Source of the DNA: Syncephalis fuscata S228
Lineage: Eukaryota > Fungi > Zoopagomycota
NCBI GenBank assembly: GCA_025786725.1
Contig: JAHLTZ010000009.1
Coordinates: 1 to 64,000 of the forward strand
DNA: 64,000 nt
Direction of reading: 5' to 3'
The number at the start of each line of letters is the position of its first letter. The first letter of the stretch is position 1. Position numbers and translations under genes: made by a program. Below the pieces are notes generated by a model. It was not told the DNA's origin, ran no database searches, and saw only the letters and a list, made by a program, of their open reading frames with translations. Shown here piece by piece: positions 53,619 through 64,000 of the stretch.

Positions 53619-55167
53619 TTTGATCGTAGTAGAGGTTGATGTTGTTGAATCGACCGGCGATTTGGATAACTGCGCAGCAGAGCAATGTAGTCGATGTAGA
53701 GTGTATTGGCGAGGTTGTAAAGGCGTTATGAGTTAACAAATTGAAATCTAACACGATTCAATCGTCCATTTTATAGCTGACTTGTAAACGAAAGTACGTT
53801 GCACGGTATAGTTAGATATGTTGAAGACAACGCAGCAGCATGGGCGTCTCGACTATTACTGACGGGATTGTTTCAATGTGGACTTCATAGATGTAAGACT
53901 GTCGTGCCTGTATCAACATAGTTAGTTGACCAAATAACTACCCCTGTTCAGAATACATGGGATTCCAAAATTACTTAATGCTTATAAGGTGTGAAGGTAA
54001 TAGTGTCGTTTATTATTGGCCCGTGTTGGTATCATTCCTAACAAGGGGTACTACACATTTCTACAAGAATGCAGGAATTGTAGCTTAGGCTGTTTCATTA
54101 CAACAGTCATATCAGCAATGACGTTCAAATATCGCAAGTTACAAGTCAAGACCCGCTGTTTCATCCATCAATAGGCCAGTCAATCCTACGTTGTCGTGAC
54201 ACGTAACAAACACTATTTTATTGCATGAACAATATAATTTTTTTCCACTTCAAATTAAGCTTTTTTATTAGCTAAATTTACGGATGACATGTTCATTTCA
54301 TATAGTATTTTTCCATTTTCGAATTAAATTACTATAATGAAATATGGTTATACCAAATTTATCAAGAATGAATATACAATATTTAAAGTTGTACGAGAGT
54401 TGTCATCGGCCGCATGGGGGAGGGGAAATATATGGTTGGCAACTTTTTCGTTTGAGGATGTTCATTGCGACTTTTTGATTTGTACGTGAAAATACAGTGT
54501 ATGTTTTGACACTTATTATATCACAATTCCATACCATGTTACAGGTTTTGTACTTGATTGAAATAAGTACTTTATGTTTTAGTCTGGCCATCGTTATGCT
54601 GCTTGCTATTTTAGCTATACACTTAGTAAAAATCAAATTGTTTAGAATTAATAAAAATAAATTTAGTATAGATATTTACTTGATGTTTTTAGTGCTTCTT
54701 TGTAAAACTAGACGGTTTTATTTTAATTGATACATCGAATTCACTATCACCAAAGGCAGTGATTTTTTTTGAGCTGTGGCAAGAAAAATTGAAGACTGAC
54801 AATATGTACACTATTAATACATTTAATATGCTATTAATAACATGTTTTAATGATTGCAACTACTTTTAAATATTATATTATTATTTTATCGTACACACTA
54901 TTTACCAATACTATATTTTATGATTACACTTGTATTCTGTATTTGATAGCTTTTATTATTTACAAACCATGGTAGCATTATTATTATACATAATTATTTA
55001 AAAGCACATTCAATAACAACTATTAATTATAATAAAAATAATTTAGTGTAAATTTATTAACATGTCAAATTAAACAGCATGGCCCAACCATTATTGATAC
55101 ACCTATCAGTCAATTGTATTAGTAAATAATCAAATATAGATTACACATAGCAATAAATAAGATGGTA

Positions 55168-55248
55168 CGCCGTCAGGGTTAAAAAGCTCGTTGATTGATC
55201 CACACGGTTTTTCAGGTGAAGAAATTCAATAAAAAACATCATTCGGCG
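55168..55248 (-). ncRNA. snR47: Box C/D snoRNA snR47/SNORD36 (U36) homolog
   Basis: Terminal stem CGCCG/CGGCG; box C ATGATGT; guide TTGAATTTCTTCAC + D' CTGA (antisense to LSU GTGAAGAAATTCAA); guide CGAGCTTTTTAAC + D CTGA (antisense to SSU GTTAAAAAGCTCG). This is the known dual target pair of snR47/U36. Confidence 0.92.
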
Positions 55249-55423
55249 CTAAAGAGAAAACAAACAAACAAAATTACAAAGTTGTACTTACCAACTACAA
55301 AACCGACAAAGTATGTAAACACGTTTCTCAATACAAGCACACGTGTCTACATACTTGCCTAATTGTCATCAGCGATCGATAGGTGTTATCGATGCATGGA
55401 TGATACTGTCAACTACTACCTTT

Positions 55424-55429
55424 AAAAAA
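55424..55429 (-). terminator. T6 run, putative Pol III terminator of the MRP RNA
   Basis: TTTTTT just after the 3' strand of P1. Confidence 0.6.
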
Positions 55430-55894
55430 GGGACCGGAAACACCGCGAGAGTAAGCCCCGTTGCGTTACGTTCGCCCTTCAGAGCGCTACTGCCAGAGGC
55501 AACCAATGCTTAGTAGGCACGAACGCCGCCGCATAACTGTGCTATGACGAATGGTCGTCCCCGTCCAGGATAGTACTCCGTTGTCACTTCGAACTCGGCC
55601 CATTAAAAGAGCCTCTTCGTTCGTTGGACAAACGGCACGTGCTATACGCCGTCTTCGTCGACAAGCAACGAGGAACGACCTACAACACGCGGGACGAGCA
55701 TGACGAGTGAACAAAAGGTCGTTTACCGGCCGTTCAACACTTTCTGCCAACGTGTCCGGGGACTTTCCCCAAAGCATGTAAATTGAAAGGTCGTGCAGCC
55801 ATCGAACGATAACCACACGCCAATCCGTATGTAGTGCTTTGATATTCTACAACAAGAGAGAGAGAAAAGGCGGCGCTTCGCAGGTGTTTCCGGT
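55430..55894 (-). ncRNA. NME1: RNase MRP RNA
   Basis: P1 helix ACCGGAAACACC/GGTGTTTCCGGT; CR-I GGGGAAAGTCCCCGGAC (55770-55754); CR-V AACGCAACGGGGCTTACTCT (55467-55448) forming P4; GAAAG loop after CR-I; GC-rich; ~465 nt. Confidence 0.93.
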
Positions 55895-56609
55895 AAAGAA
55901 ACGTACAAGTGGGATGCGCGTCAATCGATCGCCTACTTATACTGCCATGTTGTAAAATAAAATATAGATAAAAAACTAAAAGCAAATATTAAAGAATAGC
56001 TAGACAGGGGGTGAGGCCATGTACAACTATAAACTTGTTTAGATGATAGAACAAGAAACTACCAAAAACGGTGATAAACATGTGTCGCATATCTCTTGCT
56101 TTATCTTCAGCTATGCACGTATCATCACCACCATTACTGCTAATAATTATATGACTGGGAATTAACGAATAAATGATCACAGTGAAAACAAAGAAAGACA
56201 AAGGGAGACGATAGTTAATAATAACGTGATATGAATGTCTCATTTCATAGTCTATGGTTGTATACACACACACATGCATTTTTACTCCCTTTCTCTCTCA
56301 CTCTTTGACGCTCGGTTTTCTCTTCACTCTGCCCAATTTATCGCCACCCTTACTCCCCCGCGCACTCACACAGCCAGCTGTCATTATCCTTTTTCTCGTC
56401 TTTCTTTTTGAACACTATTTACTGCTTGCAGTGGTCTAAAGCTAGGTGTTATTGGACGTGTGGTCATTATTTACACGCCATCTTGCTATTGATTACTACG
56501 GCCACTATTCCTATTACTATTATTATTAGTACAGCTACTACTGCTCTATTGTTCGTTTTTTTACGCTTCTTGCTGATTAAGCAGTACATCTGATCGTATT
56601 ATTCTCATC

Positions 56610-57195
56610 ATGTCACATCAAGGCCATCGTCGTGACCGTGCCACGGTGTCGGAATTGAAGCTTAAGAAGTTGTTGGAGAACAACCGTCGTTTGCAGCATC
56701 TATTGGATATGCCTCGTATTCCTGTCAGTGAAGCTAGTATTTCGTAAGTAGAGCCCGCCTTTTGTCTATTTAATCTAGCGTCTAGTTGTTATCTTTTAAA
56801 GAAAGTCACCTATAACATTTCTATTTGTTTGAATTATTATCATTATTATTATTATTATCTACATCTTTAATATTATATTAATAGTATTAGCTATTTTTAT
56901 TAATTTCATTGTTCTTATTTGTAATATTTAAAAGTCATTTTTAGCTTATTATTACGATAATTATACTATAATACTTTATTTATTATTTTCCATTTTATGA
57001 CCATAACAACCATCATTACTATTATCAAATTAAATAACCTGTCATTTACTAATTCTATTTTATCATTTTAGGTTAATTAATTACGTCAAAACAACAAAGG
57101 ATTATTTGATTCCATCAATATGGGGCACTGTTAATCGAAAGGATGATCCGTATGCACCACAAGGCTCTAGCTGTGGTACTTGTACCATTGTTTAA
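56610..57195 (+). CDS. Heterotrimeric G-protein gamma subunit (Ste18/Gpg1-like); missed by the ORF track
   Basis: Exon 1 56610-56743 MSHQ...SELKLKKLLENNRRLQHLLDMPRIPVSEAS; exon 2 57072-57195 LINYVKTTKDYLIPSIWG...CGTCTIV* with CaaX box. Confidence 0.93.
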
Positions 57196-57244
57196 TGTTA
57201 TTACTACTATGACTATGACTGTTACTGTTATTGCAACTATTATA

Positions 57245-58006
57245 CTATCACTATTATTTAATAGCTGTAGCTATAGTAATAGTAATAGTATTTCGAACAT
57301 AATCCATGATACGTATTACGAATAGAGTAAGAGATTATATTATGGCTATAGTATATCTATTTATTTCTCTCTTTCTATCTCATTCTATTCACGCCACAAC
57401 ATATCGGTTATTTTTATACTGCCGGTTGTATCCGACTATTGTGCGTAGTTTTTCTTTTATTTGTTGTTATCGGCGTGTGTATTTGTTGTTTGTGACAACG
57501 ATTGACACTGGCCACAAACAACCATTGTGCCGGTCTTTTCTCGTCTATATCACAATATATCAGCTGTATCTCATCACTCTCGTCCTAATAACTGCACCCA
57601 CCATTATAGTAATAATAATAATAATAAATTTTCACCGCAATCTCCCAGACATATTCCCCATTCTTCCGTACCAATCGTTTATTAGTGCATGGACCTTTTA
57701 CGGCGGAGTTCTCTCGGCTTTTGTTCTACCAAGTCGTTCTATAGTTTATCCTGATCTCGTGATCATGTGAATAGATCAATAATGAGAACTACGTTGTCGT
57801 GACGCGCATTTTCAACCTCCATTTGTTTTCCCCACACATATGCTAACAACAACTAAAAAAATCAGTGTCAATGAATGATCATTTAATACTCAGTTTATTT
57901 TCTCAAGTGCATTTCAATAGTCAGTCTCAAATGGCAAAATACTACAAATAGAGCACTGGTTGGCGAGTGATCCGCCTATTTGACATACAACACCTGTATT
58001 CCAGCT
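57245..58006 (+). repeat. Non-coding direct repeat, copy 1 (other copies ~61075-61723 and 63897 to window end)
   Basis: Colinear similarity, e.g. cagtgtcaatgaatgatcatttaatactcag at 57863 and 61575; aaacataatccatgatacgtattacga-like at 57295 and 63945. Confidence 0.85.
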
Positions 58007-58480
58007 CTTCCTCTCTATCTCTCACTCTCTATCTTTTAAGCCTGTGTTCCACCACATTATTACCTGTTTGCACTGCACGTCACATTGCAGTTCTCAATTG
58101 AATTGTCCACAAGTGACGACTATTCTTCTTTATCATCTTCACCATCGTCTATCTTTCACTTCGTGTCCGTGTGATTGATTGACGTGAAGTGGATCCACGC
58201 TGGAAACACAACGTGTTCTTGTTCATTCCTATTGTGTTACTGCCATCATCGGCAAAACATCCTTGGCATTAGTTACTTATCGATATTAACGATAACGGCA
58301 AAACAACAGTCTTTGCAGTAAAGACGTGACGCACTGTCCTGTTCATTTAAATCCCTTCCGTTTATTCGTTTGGCCTTTTCTTTGCTTAATTCGCCTTCTT
58401 CTCTTCCTCCTCCTTAGCTTGCAAGTCTTTTGCTATATTGATTCATACTTACTTGTTCATTTTTATCATTGATTTCTATT

Positions 58481-60517
58481 ATGTCTACTACTGTTGACAA
58501 AGTTACCGATGCTACAGCTTCTCATCCTGAGTTGCTAGAGCCGACCATTGATGGTGTCAATGCCATTGCCGTACCCAAAGCACTACAAGATGGTAGCGAT
58601 GGTTGGCCCAAGGCCCATATCAGCTCATTTAAACAATATCGTGAAATGTGGGAGGAAAGTCTACGCAACCCAGAAGACTTTTGGTCAAAGCTAGCTAAAG
58701 AAACACTTCATTGGTACCATCCATTCGAAGTTGCTACTAGCGGTGGCTTTGAACATGGCGATGTCGCGTGGTTCCGTGGCGGCAAGCTTAACGTATCCTA
58801 CAACTGTGTGGATCGCCATGCGAATGTCGACCCAAATCGGGTAGCCATGATTTACGAGCCGGATGAACCAAACCAATCGCGTAAAATCACTTATGGCTGG
58901 CTATTCCGTGAAATGAATCGTGTGGCTAATTTGCTACTTAGCTATGGCTTGCGCAAAGGTGACGCCGTGGCCATTTACATGCCTATGGTGCCCGAAACGG
59001 TTGTAGCTATGCTTGCCTGTGCCCGTATTGGCTGTCCACACACCGTTGTATTTGCCGGCTTTAGCTTTGAAGCACTTCGTGATCGTATTAATAACGCTAA
59101 ATGCCGTGTTGTTTTCACCGTTGACGAGGGCCGTCGTGGTGGTCGTCCCATTGCCACTAAGCATATAGTTGACCAGGCATTAGCCCATGGCTGTCCATCA
59201 GTTGAAAAGGTCGTTGTATTCCAACGCGGGCCTGAACCAGCCGACATTGTTATGACAGAAGGCCGTGATGAATGGTGGCATACTGCTGTTGACCGCCATC
59301 GTGCGTACTGCCCACCTGAATGGATGGATGCTGAGGATCCACTATTCTTGTTATACACATCTGGTTCAACGGGTACGCCAAAGGGTGTTGTTCACACGAC
59401 AGCTGGTTATTTGTTAGGCGCAGCCGTTACAACCAAATACGTATTTGATTATCATCCTGGTGATATTCTCGGGTGCACGGCTGATGTCGGATGGATTACC
59501 GGCCATGACTATATCGTTTATGGGCCGATGTGTCTAGGCGGTACTTCAATTCTATTTGAATCGGTGCCGACTTATCCCGATGCCAGCCGATTCTGGAATT
59601 TAATTGCTGACCATAAAATTACACACTTTTACACAGCACCCACGGCTATTCGCGCTTTGCGTCGTCTCGGTGACCAATGGCTTGAAGGCAAGGACCTATC
59701 ATCATTGCGAGTCATCGGCTCTGTCGGTGAACCAATTAATCCTGAAGCATGGCACTGGTACAACGAGAAGGTTGGCAAGAATCGCTGTGCTGTTATTGAT
59801 ACTTATTGGCAAACGGAGACGGGTGCTATTGTACTGACACCATTACCTGGCGCCATCGCTGCTAAACCAGGCAGTGCATCTGTGCCTTTCTTTGGCATAG
59901 ATCTGGCTATTCTCGATCCAGCCACCGGTCAAGAGCTTACGGGTAACGATGTTGAAGGCGTGCTAGCTATTAAGCGCCCTTGGCCATCGATTATGCGCAC
60001 TGTGTACAATACACATGAACGCTATCTTAATGGATACATGCGTGTCTATCCTGGCTATTACTTCACTGGCGATGGCTGTTACCGCGATGCCGATGGCTAC
60101 TACTGGATTCGTGGTCGTGTTGATGACGTTATCAACGTAAGCGGCCATCGATTGAGTACGACAGAAATCGAATCGGCTTTGATTCAACATCCAGCAGTTG
60201 CCGAAACAGCCGTTGTTGGCCAAAACGACGACTTAACCGGTCAGGCCATTTGCGCTTTTGTCACGATTAAGCCAACACATAGCGATGTTATACCTAAAGA
60301 ACTTGTATTACAAGTACGCAAAACAATTGGACCATTTGCTGCACCTAAACATCTTCACTTGGTAGCTGAATTACCTAAAACACGCTCAGGCAAAATTGTC
60401 CGCCGTATACTGCGTAAGATTGTTAACGGTGAAGCTGATAGTCTTGGTGATTTAAGTACCGTCGGCGATCCAAGTGTCGTTGATGATATCATCAAACTAG
60501 TCGCTGAAAAGCAGTAG
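58481..60517 (+). CDS. ACS: Acetyl-CoA synthetase (AMP-forming), intronless
   Basis: [58 protein letters not shown]. Confidence 0.97.
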   Translation: MSTTVDKVTDATASHPELLEPTIDGVNAIAVPKALQDGSDGWPKAHISSFKQYREMWEESLRNPEDFWSKLAKETLHWYHPFEVATSGGFEHGDVAWFRGGKLNVSYNCVDRHANVDPNRVAMIYEPDEPNQSRKITYGWLFREMNRVANLLLSYGLRKGDAVAIYMPMVPETVVAMLACARIGCPHTVVFAGFSFEALRDRINNAKCRVVFTVDEGRRGGRPIATKHIVDQALAHGCPSVEKVVVFQRGPEPADIVMTEGRDEWWHTAVDRHRAYCPPEWMDAEDPLFLLYTSGSTGTPKGVVHTTAGYLLGAAVTTKYVFDYHPGDILGCTADVGWITGHDYIVYGPMCLGGTSILFESVPTYPDASRFWNLIADHKITHFYTAPTAIRALRRLGDQWLEGKDLSSLRVIGSVGEPINPEAWHWYNEKVGKNRCAVIDTYWQTETGAIVLTPLPGAIAAKPGSASVPFFGIDLAILDPATGQELTGNDVEGVLAIKRPWPSIMRTVYNTHERYLNGYMRVYPGYYFTGDGCYRDADGYYWIRGRVDDVINVSGHRLSTTEIESALIQHPAVAETAVVGQNDDLTGQAICAFVTIKPTHSDVIPKELVLQVRKTIGPFAAPKHLHLVAELPKTRSGKIVRRILRKIVNGEADSLGDLSTVGDPSVVDDIIKLVAEKQ

Positions 60518-61074
60518 ATGAATACTACATTTGAATTCATTCCATTTCATAATAAACTGATTCTGTTTATAATTAATTAACATGCGTAATATTAAAACTG
60601 ATTCTATTTATAATAATTAACATGTTCAATATTAATAACATTTAGAGTAAGAAAGCTTTACTAAGAGCCGGGAAATCATTAATTGGATTTCTTCATGCAC
60701 GAAAACAAACACAAATTGGATAACAGGGCGGAATGATATAGATGGTTGGCGCACACACACAGACACGCACACGAATAGAGAAAACGAAATAGAATAATAT
60801 GCTAATATCGCATGTTGTTCTAGTTAACTCAAGACAGTGTAATTTGATATTCTCCTTCTATATTTTGTGCCACCCATAATATGGCCGAGCTATATGAATG
60901 TCATCGTGTATATAATAAATAAATATATTCATTTTATTGCAACTATACCAATTTTCTTACCTGAAAATCAATAGACAGCATTGAGCTACAATGCAATAGC
61001 CAGCGTAGGCATAGACATCGGCAAATTTGACACAGAACATTGCCTAAAACGTGCGATTAATATAATAATAATAA

Positions 61075-61723
61075 TTATATTATTATCCAATACTTATAGT
61101 TATATTAATAGCAATAGTATTGCAAACACAATTCATATTATGTGTTGCAAATAGAGTAAAGAAACGCTATTATAGATATAGTGTATCTATCTGTTGTTAT
61201 CGGAGCATGTATTAGTTATTTGTGGCAACGATGACACTGGTCAACTATTGTGCCTGCCTTTTTTGTCTATATCACGGTATCTCAGCTGTATTTCACTTAC
61301 TTTTGTCCTAATAGCTGCACTCACCAGTATAGTAATAATAACAAATTTTATTGTAATTTCCCAACACATGCCCCAATCCTTTCGTATCAACAATCTATTG
61401 TGCATAGACTTTTTGCAATGGGGTTCTTTTGTCCTTTGTTCTGACAAGTCGTTCCATGGCTTATCCTAATTATGTGGTCATGTGAATAAACCGATAACGA
61501 GAGATGCGATGTCATGATGCGTATTTTCAATCTCCATTCGTTTTCTCTGCACCTGGCTAGCAATTAAAGGAAGCCAGTGTCAATGAATGATCATTTAATA
61601 CTCAGCTTATTTTTCCAAGTGTAATTTATTAGCCAAAATCTTAACACTCAAAATACCACTACAAATAAAGCACTGGTTGGCGAGTGATCCGCCTATTTGA
61701 CATACAACAACTGTATTCCAGCT
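61075..61723 (+). repeat. Non-coding direct repeat, copy 2
   Basis: Aligns to 57245-58006 with an internal deletion of roughly 57360-57460. Confidence 0.85.
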
Positions 61724-62329
61724 GGAGTTATTTTACTTTACGTTCTTTAATTTTTGAAAATAAAAGTATTACCGTGATCTACTGTATTGTAATAACTATA
61801 AAGCACTATTTAGTTAATTCGTTTTGTATTGCTTTAGCAGTTATATAATGATACTACCATTGTTTTTATTTACAATGGTATAATTTAAAGATAGTATATA
61901 TACAAGGCGTAGTTTAAAATAGATATGTTTACAGGTGTTTTATTTAAAATTCAATAAGAATTTTTGTTTATATACTAAATCTAATGCTTATAAGTTTAGC
62001 TGTCAATTATAATATCATGTTCTATAATAATGGCATTTGTTTATGCATTGATGTTATTATTCTTATTTCACTGATGACATTGTTCTATAAATATACTTGT
62101 TTTTATTGTTTGTTGTTTGTCATTATTATTACACTCATTGTTCTACTGTTGACATTGTTCTATAATTATATTTGCTTTTATGCTATTACTTTTTATTCTT
62201 TATTCTATTCCACCACTTGAACAACTCCCTCATCTGTATTTCAATTTGTTCATAGTCTTTTTATATACAATGCCACTCGATTCATGGATTGTATATATTA
62301 AATAATTTATTAATTAAATAAAGATAATA

Positions 62330-63435
62330 TTTTACATTAAACAATTTATTAGTTATTTATTGTGATTTGGAATCAAATGACTATTTTTAACAACATTTGC
62401 GTAATTGAACTACACATTTAATCTATTGAACATGAAAACAAGTGGTGAGTGACATCAATCACTAAATACTCATCATTGTAGATTCATTATCTAGTATGCA
62501 TATATCCAGTACACATATATACTCTATTCACCTATATCATTACCATTCTATTCCACATTACTATATACCATTATATAATATACTAGACATATTTTATTGT
62601 TTATATGCTTCATTACACTCTACTCATTCCACTCATTGCATTATATGCACTATAAATTCAATAACGTTTTATATAATTTTTTACCGTACATTTATCATTT
62701 TATATACCATTATATAATCGCCTATCCTCCTCTATCCAAACCTATTTTTGTTTTTGTTCTAGCTGTATTATTAATAAATGTCGACTAATTCCGCTTATTG
62801 ATCATGCATATATGCTCAATAACTTTAACATAACTAATCGTCATTTCACGCCATAGATTCTTTACAATTTATATTATTTTATTGTTTAGTATATACGCGC
62901 TAGTTATTGCAGTTTTCCTTTTTGTTTTAGCTTTATTATTAAGTTCGACTAATGTCGGTCATCTGCTCATGCATATATGCTTAATAACTTGAACATTGCT
63001 AATCTCGCTTAATATTGCGTATTCATTATAATGTTTATCATCTTATTATATATTGGCTACACGCTGTCTATATTCGTTGTCGATATGGTTCAAATTTTTT
63101 ATTAATAAAATTGACATATTGCATTTTGTTCACTGAGTTATATTGATAGAACAAACAATATAAATATGAACAGAGTTATGTTTTATTAAGATTATTTATA
63201 AATAGATTAGATCATGCTAACTAGATATGGTTTAATGTTAAGCAAAACAAAGTGACAGGTATACATAGTAATAATACATACTGCAATAATATATGCATAT
63301 TGGATAATGAACCTATGATGATGAGTATTTGATGATTGCTGTTATTTATCACTCATCATCATGTTTAATAGGTTAGATATTGTTAAAAATATTCATTGTC
63401 CCCCAAATCATACTAAATGGCTAATAAATTCAATT
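62330..63435. mobile_element. Non-autonomous long-TIR element, copy B (opposite orientation to copy A)
   Basis: Left TIR ~62330-62506, right TIR ~63290-63430; interior matches 28640-29000 in reverse complement; internal duplication 62768-62840 / 62935-63007. Confidence 0.75.
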
Positions 63436-64000
63436 AAATTATATAATAATGTTAAATGACACACAATATTCTATATAATGATACAGTTTATTTAGTTCAA
63501 TTAACAAATATTAAAATTAAAAGTAAAAAATAAAATGGTACATAGCATATATATATATTAGTGCAACAACACTACCACAATCAAATAAAACAATTGACTA
63601 AATAATTGCTAATATCATTACTAAAGTAGCTAACATGGTTGTAATTGTAGTGAATGTAACTCATTGTAATATGTTAATATTCAATCAATCTTTCTATACA
63701 TGCCCAACAACAATAACAATGATCAATCTTAAATGTTTCAAGTAAATTAAATAGTATGTTACATTCTTTAAATCAATTTATTAACAACATTTTAATGGAA
63801 ACCAATATAATTATATTGCGTATAACAACAGTATAACTTTAATTGTAATAAACTTTGTTTTAAGGGCTCAAAATAGAGGATACAAGCAGAATTTAACTGT
63901 TATCACTATTATTCAATAACTATAGTAATAGCAATAGTATTTTCAAACATAATCCATGATACGTATTACGAGTAAAAAGACACTCTTATAAATACAATGT

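Larger units (their letters stand above)
49226..53866. repeat. Large inverted repeat: arms 49226-50766 and 52326-53866 (1541 bp each), spacer 50767-52325
   Basis: Paired coordinates sum to 103092 at the arm boundary, ATG and stop. I noticed only one substitution (AAT/AAC, 50297 vs 52795). Confidence 0.95.

Noticed and set aside
55172-55185. TTAACCCTGAC resembling a telomerase RNA template
   Set aside because: Fully explained as the SSU guide plus box D of snR47.
55487-55985. Three overlapping minus-strand ORFs
   Set aside because: They overlap the RNase MRP RNA and have no protein motifs.
57306-57770. 154-aa hydrophobic ORF
   Set aside because: It lies in the non-coding repeat and its frame is not preserved in copy 2.
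60554-60635. ~41-bp two-unit tandem duplication after the ACS stop
   Set aside because: Simple local slippage; only two units and no spacers.

Overview
This is a gene-dense, AT-rich eukaryotic window with many very short (~45-60 nt) GT-AG introns. The gene content (fungal-type TRL1, SPO71, MED25, GNL1, secreted kinases) points to an early-diverging fungus; a Zoopagomycota mycoparasite such as Syncephalis is plausible but is inference only. It holds about 23 protein genes, mostly housekeeping: OYE, THI80, POP3, TRL1, PRS, ORC3, RSM10, eIF5, MAK21, GNL1, ARE, LYR, MED25, SPO71, C9orf85, REX2, CSL4, G-gamma and ACS. Several features are missed or fragmented by the ORF track: an RNase MRP RNA gene followed on the same strand by the box C/D snoRNA snR47/U36; an intron-containing prokaryote-type SfsA nuclease gene; a decayed Fanzor/TnpB 3' fragment followed by a nested stem-loop (candidate omegaRNA); and two copies of a long-TIR non-autonomous element. 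The most striking system is a family of signal-peptide-bearing protein kinases. Two catalytically intact copies form a tail-to-tail palindrome with ~1.54 kb near-identical arms inside older, diverged flanks, and a related secreted pseudokinase shares intron positions with them. These are candidate host-manipulating effectors. Many essential genes show isolated 1-2 bp frameshifts, most likely assembly indel errors, so exon coordinates are approximate.
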